DNA from: Monocercomonoides exilis PA203
Taxonomy: Eukaryota > Protista > Preaxostyla
Assembly (NCBI GenBank): GCA_001643675.2
Contig: LSRY02000006.1
Location: 930,001 to 994,000, forward strand
Reading direction: 5' to 3'
DNA length: 64,000 nucleotides
The notes below the pieces were generated by a model that made no database searches, was not told the origin of the DNA, and worked only from the letters and a program-made list of their open reading frames with translations. Of the stretch, positions 49,100-61,841 are shown piece by piece. Position 1 is the first letter of the stretch; the number at the start of each line of letters is the position of its first letter. Position numbers and translations under genes: made by a program.

Positions 49100-52000
49100 T
49101 TTTTATCAAAAATATTCATTCAATTCCTTCTCTTTCATTTGAGATCACGATCAATGGGTCATCTCCACGATCGGATCAATGTTGCAATCATCGTTGTTCT
49201 CGACATTTCCTGGACTTACTTGGTCTTCCGAAGCAGCCGGACTGCCAGGTGGGGAGCAAAGCCAGATGAAGGTCCAATGGCAGCCGCAGTTCCTTTCTCC
49301 TCCGTTTATCAATCATTCTGCAGGGTCTTCAACTCAGCCGTCAGATAGAGAAAAGAGCAAACGAGAAGAAGAAGAAAACATGTACGAAGCTGCAGCATCT
49401 GTTTTTGAAGAAGTATTAGGACAGGTTCCAGTAAAATCTTTGCTCGACATTCAGTTTCCTATTTTTTCAGTGGAAACAATTCAGCAGGAATAATCCTTAC
49501 ACGATTTAAGCCCATTATTGACTCCAATGCCTCCACAAGCAATCAAATCCAAGAACTGGTTCAACGATGCCCTTGATAGTGCAGGATATAAGCAGGAGAT
49601 GTGCCTATGTCAAGCTTTCAAAGCTGTTATGTTTTGCTTAGCCGAAATGGATTCCAACAAGGAGAGTGCACGACAAAGAGCTTCAGATGCGCTTGTCCTC
49701 ACGGCAAAAGCGTTCCAGGAGGCCAGAAATACCAGAATTCAAGGACGGTTCGGGTTTTAAGCAGCTGAGAATAAAAAAGCAGAAGAGGTAGCCGCAATGT
49801 CAACGTAGAGTCGGGAACAGATCCTCAAAAAATCTAGCTTTGAACTGATGTGGCAAGTGCGCGAAGGAGACACATGAGTTTAGAAGCAATGCTTGAGGTG
49901 AAAAAGAAAAAAAAGAGAGTTTCGTTCATCTAGCTCGGTTCATGCTCCGTCAAAAGGAGGAGCAAGTCAGAAGTTTTTTCGTTTCAGATTCCGCTCTTTC
50001 TCAGGAAGGAGAAGCTGTGGAAGCAGAACAAGAGCTGCAGGATGTGCCAGACGGAGTCTGTGTCTTCATATGAATTAATAAAAACAACATAGACAATGTT
50101 GCTAACATTTCAAGACATTGTAAGAAGGACGGTGCTGTTCTTAAAGGCATGGGAAGAGATTGGAGGAGGAGATTTGGTCCGAAATGGGATCCAAGCGATG
50201 TGGAAGAGCAGAAGAGAAAGAGAGAAACTTTCAAAGATGTTGTACAGAGATGGAGTTGAGCGAACAAGCGAGGAGCACTGAAAAGTTTTCATAGATTTGT
50301 TGGAGGAACAGACGAGGATCGGAATAGTGGAGGAGATATATCAGGAAGATGTCAAACACAGGAACAATGTGTTCCTGGTCAAGAAAAAGATGGAACATGG
50401 AGGCAGATCTTAGACCGTTGTCGTTTGAATGCAGCGGTCCTCACAACGCATTTCAAATGCGACAACGAGAGAACAATGGAGAGAATATTGCTGAAAGAAG
50501 ATTGGGCATCGACGATAGACCTTCATCAGGCGTATTATCTTTACCCAGTTTCAAAGAATCTCAAATTATATCTCGCCTTAAGATTTTTCTGTAAAGATTT
50601 CTAATTTAAAGGAATGCCATTCGGATTCGTAGATGAACGCAGAATATTTTCACTTGTAATGAGGAAAGAGACTAAGGAAATGAGAAGAAGATAGCATATG
50701 CTGTTGGTTGTGTATTTGGATGATCTGCTAATATTGCATCAAGATCAAATGCCTTTAAGAAGAATTATTGAAGAAATTGTGCAGTTCAAAGAGTAGCTTG
50801 GGCTGCTAGAGAGTAAGGAAAAACTCAATTTATCTCCCAGAAGAGAGTTTGTTATCCTCGGATACAGATGGAACACGGAAATGATGGAGATTCAGATGAC
50901 AAAAGACAGAAGAGTTGCATTGATGAAGGAAGGAGACAAATGGAAAGAAAAAGCAGCGAAAGCCAAGAAGGTAATAATAAAAGATATTGCCTCGTTCGTT
51001 GGAAAACTCAGTGCTATCCGTTTTATTCAGCAAGACGCTTCCACATGGCTGCATTTCATGTATCGCCTCTTACAAAAAGGCTTGGAGTTGCAAGGATGGA
51101 ACTGACAGATGAAAATCAACTCATTCATCCCACAGCAGATTCTGCAATGGAGGAAGATATTGAAATCATTCCCTCAACGCAAGCTGATTCAAGTGTTTGT
51201 CCAGCAGGCAGTAATAACAACAAATGCATCATATTTAAAATGGAGGTGGGGGGGGGGGGGGGGGGGGGGGCGTGAACGCAATCTGTCAACAATCAACTGT
51301 TCGATGTACACATTCGGTTTCAACAGCAACAAGCAAAGCGATCATCGAATTCCAGGGAGCTAATGGGGGTGTGGTTATCTCTCAATCATGGTGGTCTACC
51401 GTTCCAAAGGAACGAAATCAGTTAACTGTATCTGAGATAGGACAACACATCAATGGTATTCAATAAATACAAATATCAAAATAAAGCGAAGAGGGTGAAA
51501 GAACAAGTGATCTTACTGCTGCCGAGATGGAGAGTCCAGAATTGGGACATTCTTTAAAGGTCGATATAACACCAAAGTTGTGATAGGAAGCATCAAAAGG
51601 ATGTTTTTCAGAAAGGTCATTCTATGCAATGGACGAATGCTAGTCTTCCTCTTGGAAGATCGAGGATCATGTTGTTAATTCAATACAACTCGACGGAGAA
51701 GAATGGTGGATACGAACTTTGGAGCAGAAATCTTTCTCAACAGATCTTACAGATGAGGACTTTAATGGAATTGCTGAGACAACTGGAATGGAATACCTTT
51801 TCAGCTTTGATGATTTTGCGAAGCAATAGAATAAATGTTGCCACAAAGAAATACCAGACAATATTTTCGATTGGGCATCGAATTGCGCTAACGAATTTTT
51901 ATTCCTAAGAAATAGTGGAATGTCACTCACGTGCCTGCAAATAACAAATGTTACTGTTTCATTTTATTCAAGTCTCATTTTCAATGCATGCTAGGGTGAT

Positions 52001-53030
52001 ATCACACTCATAAAGATATTGTTCAGGACGTTTAGGAGAAAAAGCATATCAATGAAAAAAGAAAACAGAGAAATCTGGAACCCACAGACGTTGCAGAAAT
52101 ATTTTGCAGATCAGGGGCCGAATGAGACACTAAGCTTTAAACAATTGACAATAAAAGTGATTGTTTTTTCAATATTATTTTCTGCTCGCAAATTTACGGA
52201 GTTGGGGATAACTGATATGAGAATCTCAAGGTTTTGAGTAGAAAAAAACATATCTCGATACGAGATCGAAGATTTCGGAGAACGCACAGAGATTGCTGTT
52301 CCATATTAATCGGAGTTGCCATTTATTTGTCCTCCTTTTTCGATAAAGACTTTGTGGGAGAGAGTTGAAGAAGCCAACCCAAACACAAACAGTTTGCTCC
52401 TTAAAACAAATTCCTTTTAACCGTTGACATCAGGAGGGATTCGCAAACTTGCCAAGGAAGCACTGATCAACGCCGGGATACCAGACACATTTACTCCACA
52501 CTCAATCAAGGCAGCTTCGATTTCAGCTTTGACAATGGAAAGGATTCCTCCAGAAGCGATTGAAAAGTTTGTTCTTCTTTTGCCACTTACAAATACATTG
52601 GTTGAACATTTCTTTTGGGCAGATTTGGCATCATCAATGGGCAGGGTGATTGTTTCATCAGCAGAAGGATTAATAAAGCAGGCACAGCATACTGAAGAAG
52701 ACAAATAGAGATGAATGTTCGAAAACCAGAACAACGACGAAAACAAGGTTGCTCTTGTGAAAAAGCTGTTTAACATTCGAAAAATAAATAACAGAATCCA
52801 ATTAATACAGGATTCCCAAGTGATCACACCTTCAAAGATTGAAGAACCAAAGGAAGATGAAAAAGAGGATTCAGGATATGATAGAAGGTTCATAATCAGA
52901 ACAAGAGCCAAATCACAGAAAGATGATATTCAGAAGAAATAGAAAGAATCAAATGATACAGTTTAGATGGAATCATAAATGCACAATAAACCTCTGATCT
53001 CAAATCAAAGAGAAGAATTTGTATGAATGC
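49100..53030 (+). mobile_element. Second decayed DIRS1-type element, divergent subfamily, internal deletion across RNase H/MT
   Basis: gag FNDALDSAG..EARNTRIQGRFGF homologous to the minus-strand copy; RT WRQILD, KGMPFG, VYLDDLLILHQD; YR IWNPQ, LFSARKF, ICP, FTPHSIKAASIS. Inverted repeat 49114-49146 / 52996-53028 (29/33). Confidence 0.85.
51248..51270 (+). repeat. G23 homopolymer inside the DIRS RNase H region
   Basis: Seen directly. Confidence 0.9.
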
Positions 53031-53594
53031 TCTTCAATTTGATGATAATAACTGATTTCAAATGAAATTACTCAAACAAAAAATTATTGTTTTTTGAAAA
53101 AATTCAAGTGAAAAACAGTTTTTTAAAGAACAAGATGAAAAAAAAAAAGAAATAATATTGTTTCAAAACAAAATTTCAAATTGTGAGAATAAAAATACAA
53201 TTGATAAATAACGTCAAACATAGCATTTTGAATTATATCTTTGAACGAATCAATTATTGTTTGATCAAACATGTTATTGTGTATTTTGATAATCCATTCA
53301 AAACCTGAGTGAAGTATTGTGAATTATATAATTTATTCCATTTTCCAATTTTACTCATTTTTTTTTGTTTCACTTCATAAAAGAAGTTGGTGATTATTTT
53401 TGAAATCATAACTTTTTTCGGGGTGTCGATTTTTCAAACGTTGTTTGTCTTTTGGAAGAGATAATAACTTCAATTTGTGTATTTGTCACAACTGTTTCAT
53501 ATACAATGTTTGAGTTCAAATAAAGATGTAGATGTTTTTTAATATGCCTTTTCACTTTTCAGTATTCTTTTGTTGATGTTCAAGAGAATATTAT

Positions 53595-53953
53595 CAACCG
53601 AAATTTTTGACAGAAAAAATATGATCATTAAAAAAAAAACCCAATTTGAAATATCTGTCTTTTTTTCATCCGTCAGTGACCGACAACGACGGTCAATAAC
53701 AATTTGTGACAAAAAAAATTCCTCTACTGACATTTCCTGTTAAAAAAATATGTATGTTTAGAACTAGATAATATTTATTAAAAATACTGTTTTTTCAAAA
53801 TAATAAGAGCTCTTGTTTATCGATTTACAAATTAATTATTTATGTAATAAAGAATTGTGAAATCGTTAAAAATTACCATTTTTGACAAATCAAAAATATC
53901 ATGTCAGTCATTTTGTAGTTGTTTCAATTTTCTTTTGTCATATCACAAAGGTA
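53595..53953. mobile_element. Diverged partial copy of the 3241-3736 MITE (right TIR present, left end not found)
   Basis: Colinear with ~3430-3736 (GTCAGTGACCG..., TGAAATCGTTA..., TGTCAGTCATTTTGT...) and ends TTGTCATATCACAAAGGTA|TA. Confidence 0.75.
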
Positions 53954-54671
53954 TATTATCAACAAATGTGAAATTGATTTTCGGTGTTCATTAATTTGTA
54001 TTCAATTCAATTTTTCTTTCCGAAATTTTTGATGGAAATAAAATGGTAAAAAAAATAATCACCCAAGTGTAAACTTATTTTGCATTTCTTCACCTTATGT
54101 TTGTTTCATTGTATTATTTTTTTCGTTCAGAATGTTATTAGTATCGTCTTAAAAAGACTTTAGTAACATGATTTGAATCACAAATGAGCTATAATTCCAA
54201 ATTTGACTCTTGCTTCGGAGAAAAAATTTTGTAACGAAAAAGAATCATCTTGAAATTTCTTTCTTTAAAAGCCATCGAATTCCTATTTTATTTCTGATAA
54301 AGGAAAAAAAAATTTTTTTTTATTGATAATTATTTCCACCTAAAAAATTTATTCGTCAATTTCTTTTTTTTTGGCTTCAATTTTTGTTACGCTAATCATT
54401 AACCTGAATTTTCAGTTCAAAAATTTGTATGTCACTCAGATTTAATTCATGCAATTAATGAGATATTCTTTCAGAATACATGCTTGCAATTTCAACAGAC
54501 GATGTTGTTTTTCTGATAACAAATTATGGGAGTGATGATTTATTGATCACTAAATATATATTATTTTCTAGATTGCATATTTATTGTTTGGCTTTTTTGT
54601 ATCGTTAAGAATTTTCACTACAAATTATACAATTTTTGTTAAATTATTGATATAAAGTTTATACTCCATAA

Positions 54672-57600
54672 ATGAATGGTCGTTCATTTCCTCCTTCACC
54701 ATGTTTGCCTTCGACACAATCATTTGATTCATCTTTTTTTTCCTTTGAATTCGTCTTTTTATTATTCGTTTAAAACTTTATGTGAATTAGCATATTCTTC
54801 AACTGTTGTTTCTTTTCAACCTTCATCGTCTGTTTCTACTTTTCTATACGCAAATGACAAAAATAATTCAAAGATTGGAAACAGCAAGCTTGATTTTCCT
54901 GATGATTGTGAAGTTTCATCAAATTCAAAGCATCTACAAATCTTGAGGAACGATGAAATTATGAATTCAACATTGAGTTTGCTTCATGATTCATCTTCAC
55001 AATATTCATCTTCTCATCCTTCAAAGCGAAGCAATCGAAGAATGTTTGAAGAATGCGAAGATGTTGAAGACGATACCGAAATAAATGATGATTTGGAGAA
55101 GTTTGTTTCAAGAAAAGAAGAAGAAGAACTTTGCCAATTAGAAAATTTTGATGCTCATTCGTCTTTACAAATTGTAGAAAATTCATTCGATTCGGAGCTC
55201 ATTCCTTCATCATATGATTCGTTGCAAAAATCTTTCTTATCTTCAAATTATTCATCATCACCTCCATTTTCGCAAGTACTTTCATTTCCCACATCTTCTT
55301 TACCTTTAAGCCCTTCTTGTGCTGCTCCGTTGGATGGATCTCACTTTATGTGGAATTGCATCAGTGAGCATGAAGTCAACACTCAATTACCACCATTAGG
55401 CACTTCTCCCAATCCGCATATCATTCATCTCCCAACTGATGATACTTCCATATCTTCGCCAATGATTCCATCTTCAATTGAATCAACTTCCTCAGAATTG
55501 AATTCTTCTTTTGCAGCCAGCAACTTACAAAGCTTGTCCCTTGATGGGTTAAAAAATTCATCAAATAATTCGCTTTCGTTGTCCTCTTCTCTTTTGCATC
55601 CACCGCCATATCCTCCACAACAGCCACCTCCTCCTCCACCTCCACCACCTCCTCCTCCTCCTCCTCTACCTCCACCTCTACCACCATCAACTTCTGTACA
55701 ATCTGGCTATGGATCTTTATCATTTTGCTTTACACCTTCTTTGGGCAAGACTCCTGTTGCAAATGATTTGGACAAGCATCATATTGAAGATTCCTTTTCA
55801 AAAGCTCAACGAAATAACAAACATGAAATCATTACGACGGTTCCAAAAACTGCCGAATCACTATCAAATGTGATTCTTACAGAAACTGCTGAGATCAAGT
55901 CATCATCACTCATGCCCAAAATGATATTCACACCAATGATTGATCTTCCCATGTATTCTCCTCCAGCAGCTGACCTTCCGCCAGCTCAGCCTTATGATAC
56001 AAGCGCAATTAAAGTGGTCAGTTCAAACAATGCACTAAATGTACCAGCTGCCAAATCTGATGTTTCACTGCACGAACCAAAAAGTTTACAAGTTACTCAC
56101 GAATCCGTTTATCCTACTACTCAGAGTGGCAGCAATAGTTTTGTTGAGCCTTTGACTCATTTTGGAGCATCTGCTTCATTTCAACCTGTGCGGCATTCTT
56201 CTTTTTCTCCAGATAACACTACTGGTACTCCCTTTTTTGTTCCTGCTCCTCCTCATCCTTCTATGCCTTCTCATGTCATTTTGAATGCTCCCACCAAAAG
56301 CTGCAATGTTGTTGAACCCTCTTTTCTATTCAGTCGTGCACTTCCTTTAACAGAAGCAACAGTTTCAATGCCAAACGCATCCTTTTCATCTGCACAGCAT
56401 TTTCCTCAACACAATTTTCCTTCACCATTACATCAAAACCAATTATCAATCACCAACTCAACACTTGCTTCAAAATCAACTTCTGTTTCTTCATCTTTGC
56501 CGCCATTGAATTCTTCTGCTTCATTGGCGCTTCCGCCTTCATCCAAAATTTCAATAAAGCCATCTCCAACTGATCTGCCACAAGATATGCTTACTCTACC
56601 TGCTTATCCTTCACAAAAGATTCTTCCAGAATTCAAAAAGGTCCATCCAACACAAATTAAGAGTAATAGCCTGGTTTCTTCGACAAAAAATACAAAGTCA
56701 TATGTGCCTCAGATATCGCAAGTGTCGAGAATACTCAGCGAACGCGTTGAAATTGGCAGAAAGTGCAGCATCACAGAAAATGGAATGGAAAGTGGAATTG
56801 GGCGAGAAATAAAACAGAATGCTGGTATTTTTGGAGAAACAAGAGTTCGTCAGGCGCCTTCAGTTGGAGCATTGCCAATGATCTCCTCTCCGTTTGCGCT
56901 GACTTCAGCTGTTGTTGGGCTTTCTGATCAGACTCTTCCGAGCAGTCGGAAGACGAGCAAAAAACATTTCAAGCCGCTGAGAACTGAGCGCGATGTGAAC
57001 GAACAGGCGCCTTTTGCCTCGTTTCTGGAAGTTGTTGGCAAAATCATGCTTCTTCTGGCCACGCAAGACGGAAACCGCTTTTTGCAGAAAGTTCTCGATG
57101 TTCTTGCATCGCAGCCGCAGCCTCCGACAAAGGAGGATGAAATTGCATTGGCGCAGTGTTGTATGGGTGATGTCGTCAAGATTTGTGAGGATTATCGAAA
57201 GGAACGGATTCGCTTGGCTGAAAAAGAGAAGGAAGAAAGAGAAAGTCGAAGGCATTATATTCTTATGACACATTCGATAAACTCTGCAAGTAGCAAAGCA
57301 TCAACAGCATCTTCGTCTTTGTCGGGGCCTTCTTCAGCTTCAACGCAATCTTCATTTTCTGTTCCTTTTTTCCTGTTCTATCCATACACTCTGCCATCTC
57401 CTGATCCTTCTCCTCTTGTTGTGATGGTTGTTGATCTTGTTCTTCAGGAAATTGAAGGTTCTGTGAAAGTGCTGTGCCTCAATCAGTTTGGCAATTTTAC
57501 TGTTCAGCACTTGATGATGCGGGGCTGTTCTCGGCAGAGAGAAATACTCTGCACGCTGTTGGGACCTGATCTTTACCAGCTTTCGTGCCATCCGTTTGCC

Positions 57601-60339
57601 TCGCGTGTTGTTCAGAGGATGATCGATGTGACAGACGGATTGACTCAAGTGAAGCTTGTCAAACAGTTTTTTAAAGGAAAATTGGCGCAAATTGCTCTGA
57701 ATGCAAGTGGAGCACATGTTGTAATGAAGATTATATCCAGCTGGGTAGATGATCAAGACGATGATGAGAGATATGGAGAATGTGAAGTGTGTGCTGAAAC
57801 AAAAGAATACGAAGACGAAGGCGAAGAAGAAGTTGAAGGAGAAGGAAATGAAAGGAATGAGGCGGATGCAAAACAAAAGGCGAAGGAAATAATTTCATAT
57901 GATATTATCAATAAACAGAAAGAAGAAGTGGCTAATCATGGTTCTTTGGAATGTTCTTATGAAACACTGAAAGTTCTATCGAATTCATCAAATGATCATC
58001 GAAATACAATTCAGTCTGAGAAATTTAAACCAAAAAGCAAAAATCTGATTATTTCGCTTCCTCCTTCGATGTTTCCGAGAGATTCAACATTTGTGGTGAT
58101 GGAGCTCATGAGCAAAGAATCTCTGCCAGAACTTCTGCCAACAAAAAATGGATGTTCTTTACTGCAGAAAATACTACAAGCAGTTGATGTTATAATGAAA
58201 GCGAAGATATTTCGAAAAGAAAGAAGATTGTGGGAAATGACTATGCAAAGAGAAATGCAACTTTATTTGGAAGAGGAAGGTTCAAAGAAAATGAAAGAAA
58301 TTCAACAAAGCCATCAGATTGCTGCAAATCAAGAAAGCAGCAAGAAGATTAGCATGGACCAAAAAGCAGAGGAGGAAAAGGGGTTTAGTCGGAAGCAGCA
58401 CAACTCTGCAATTTCATGGCATCCATTACGTCCTGCCGCATCTGTGGTTAGGCCTCCTTCGACACTTGTTGCTTTCTATCTGAGTCTTTCTGCGTCTGCA
58501 GATGAAGTCGCAAAAATGGCTGTGCGGGATTTGCATGCAAGTGCATTCTTATGTGGAGCAATGCTTGTTAATTGGCATGCTATTGATGCTTGGACAGACG
58601 CCAAAATGTATCAGCGTCTTGTGGAAATGAAAGCTCAATTAAAAGATTCTGCAAACGTTACAAAGAAGAGTTTTATAAATGATGAAAAGTGTGAAGTTAG
58701 AAAAGATAACGATCAATATGGATTGGTGAATACACAAAGTGAAATTTCAGCTGAAAGGAAAATTAATGAATATATTTACATTTCTTCGAAAATGATAGTA
58801 CCTTCACCTCAGAAGATGTCAGCAACTTCGTCTTTTTCAACATATTCATCTGCCAATTCATCTGCATCCGAATTGAACGTTACTGATTTGCTGAATAAGA
58901 ATTCGTTGTCTCGATCTCCTTCTCTTAACAATCTATTTCAATGTGCTCTTAGCCAGTCTCAACTTCAAGAATTATCAAGTATTTCATCATCGTTTGCATT
59001 TGGATCTTCTTCTGTTCCAATGCCATTGCCTTCATTGCGCCGCTTGTATTTTTCGTCTTTCCGACCGCATATAATCTACTTGATATACTCTCCAATGTCT
59101 CATTTGCTTGTGGATAGATTTATGTTTCTTTGCGATTGGAAAACAAAAAAGGAACTTGTCAAACAGCTTCTTCAGCCTCCTACCGCAGCAGAAATGGAAA
59201 CAATAAACAATCTTAGAAATATTTCAAGAGGAAACTTAACAGCAACAACTTATCGTTTGCTTTATAACAGCTTGAAAATGCTGAACAATAACAGCCAATG
59301 GGAAGACAAAGAATCAGTCTCGTTTTCTTCGTCTTCATCAAGCATGCTGATGTCCATTCTGACAGACTCTTCATCTCCATCTCCTTTCTCAACTGAAACA
59401 CCTCAAATTCCTGATGAACTACCTCAGCTGATTCATTTGTGTGCTGATCCGAAAGGTGCCTATGCTGTTTCAAGATTGCTTCTATCAATCTGTTTCCCTG
59501 ATGTGTTGCTATTTTTCAATGAGAATATCACAGCTGCTGAAGAAGAAGTGCAAAACAAGAAAGAAAAGAGGAAGAGAAGAAAAAAGAATGTGAAGGAGAA
59601 TGAAGCACAGAGGAAGCTAATTCACTCTTTGCATCAGAATGAACTGTCTGAGAACGTTCTTGAGAATAAGGAAGATTACGAGTGTTTTGGTGATAATTAT
59701 AGTTCTTTCTGCAAAGACATTTTACTTGATGAAGAATCATTTATGGATTCTGTTACTTCGGATGAAAGAGTCGTTTTGGATATTGTTCAAAAAATTAATA
59801 CTCAGATATCATCCACTCAGTTTGCGTCCCTGCCTTCATCTGAAGGCACACCTTCTTCTCTGACCACCTCAAGTCATGTTACGCTGGCAAGCGAGCAATC
59901 TTCTGTTGCATCTACTTTGTCTGCCTCATTACCTGCTTCGTCTTCATCATCATCATCATCATCTTGTGGAGATGTGGCTGCATCTGTGTTTTCTTCCTCA
60001 TCCCCATCATTTCTGTTTCATTCTTCACAAACTTACACAGGAAAAACGCCTATTCCTCTTGAGTTTTGGTTGATGAGAAAAGAAGAAGAAGTTGTTGAAT
60101 TCGTTGAAAGAGATGATGATATTTCGAATATCCATTTAGAAGCAAAAGAGAGAAAAGAGCTTTCGTGCAAAAGAATTGAGAGAGGGCTGGAACGAGTCTG
60201 TTTGATAAGAGCAGCAGTCAAATCATTGAAAGACAACAAAAAGGTGTTGGAGCAGATGCCTTGGGGATTGCTAATGAGCAAGTTTGGTGAGAGTGTGCTG
60301 ACTGTTACTGAACAGAGAGAGCAAAGATTTCTCTCTTAA
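54672..60339 (+). CDS. Large Pumilio/PUF-family RNA-binding protein with dispersed, partly degenerate repeats
   Basis: PUF repeats LATQDGNRFLQKVLD, LCLNQFGNFTVQHLM, LSCHPFASRVVQRMID, IALNASGAHVVMKII, LLPTKNGCSLLQKIL and LCADPKGAYAVSRLL. Likely true start ATG 54672 with intron 54703-54790 (GTTTGC..TTAG) splicing in frame into the 1887-aa ORF. Confidence 0.85.
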
Positions 60340-61841
60340 ATTCAGATATTCTGAAGGAGATTGAGAAAAATTGAATAATAATTCATTGAATGTGAATTTT
60401 AAGTTTGTTCACATGAATTGTAAGAGTTATAAAGTTGAATTATGCAACAAATGAAATCATTACATAAATACAATTTCTTTTCTTTTTATTTCATTTTGAG
60501 AAATCCTTTTTTATTTATGTCTTCTTTATGTACTTTGAGAGAGTTCGTATATGTTGTCTGTTTACACTTCGGTGCACAGTCAAGTTTGTTTATGAGTGAT
60601 GTTAGACTATCTTTATAAGAAATGATGCATCAACGATGTTTCATGATTTGCTTGTTTATGTAAGTGACCTGTTGGACAAATGATATTTCAAAATAGTAAT
60701 AAATAAATATTACCTTTGGATGTTGTTTATTTGAGGATAAAGTTTGTTTGGTTAATTTCTTTTTTCTTGATCATTGCTGAACATTCGGATTCAAGTTCTT
60801 TTGTTACTCTGTTTATAAGAAGCTATGTTTTTGTGCGTTAACAAAAGATAATATTTATAATCGCTAAAAATCGATACATTAGCAATTTTTTTTTAAATAG
60901 TTTCTTTTCTTTTTTAAGACCATTTCTATTTAGATGTATTTCCTTTCATTTGCTCATGTAAAATTTGAAAATAATTCTTTCATGTATTTGTTTTATTGAA
61001 TTTATTCTAACCATTCTTAATTGATAGATTTCAATATTCCATTTGAATGCCTTTCTTTCTTTCTTTTTATTTGCTTTCTATTTAAAAAAAAGTTTTTTCG
61101 AGTATTTTAATAAATGGAGGTTTTCAAATATTTGCTTTGAATTAGTAAACATTTCTTGATTCTTATAAGTGCTGTGTTTATAAAACTGCACTTTCATTTT
61201 TCTTTCTTTCTTTCAATTTTTTATAAATTTGATTTGATCATATGTAACGCTCGATTCTTCATGTATCTAATCTTCACAGAGCTTCTCTCTTTTGAAGTTA
61301 GCATGTCATTTTCCATTAATAATATGTTATAGTTTTATTTTTTAGAAGATTTTCATCAAAAATGTTTTATTTTTGTATGAAATACCAACTCTTAAAAGTC
61401 TTACAAAAGTCACTTAAATATATTAAATGTCAATTTCTTTTTTTCTTTTTTCTTTTTATAAACTTATTATTAAATGAGAAATTATGAAAGAACGCTCATT
61501 AGAACATAACTCTATCTTTTTTTCCCGCAAAAAGAACTTTTAGATAATTTGAATGCATATTCGAAGCGATTTTATGAAATGCAAAATGAAAGAATAAAAA
61601 AACAGAAATAACACAAAATTTGAATTCTAAACACAAAATAAAAAATAAATAATCTCAAGTAATTAATGATGAAACAAAAGAAATTGTTTTAAGATAGTGA
61701 AATAAAAAGAGATAAAAGAATGAACACATTCACAACATATTTTCCACATTGATTTTTTTGCTTTCCTTCTTTCCACAAAAAAATTCGGTTTAAAAAAAAC
61801 TGTTATGATTCAATTAAACAACTTTAATTTTTGATGTTTCA

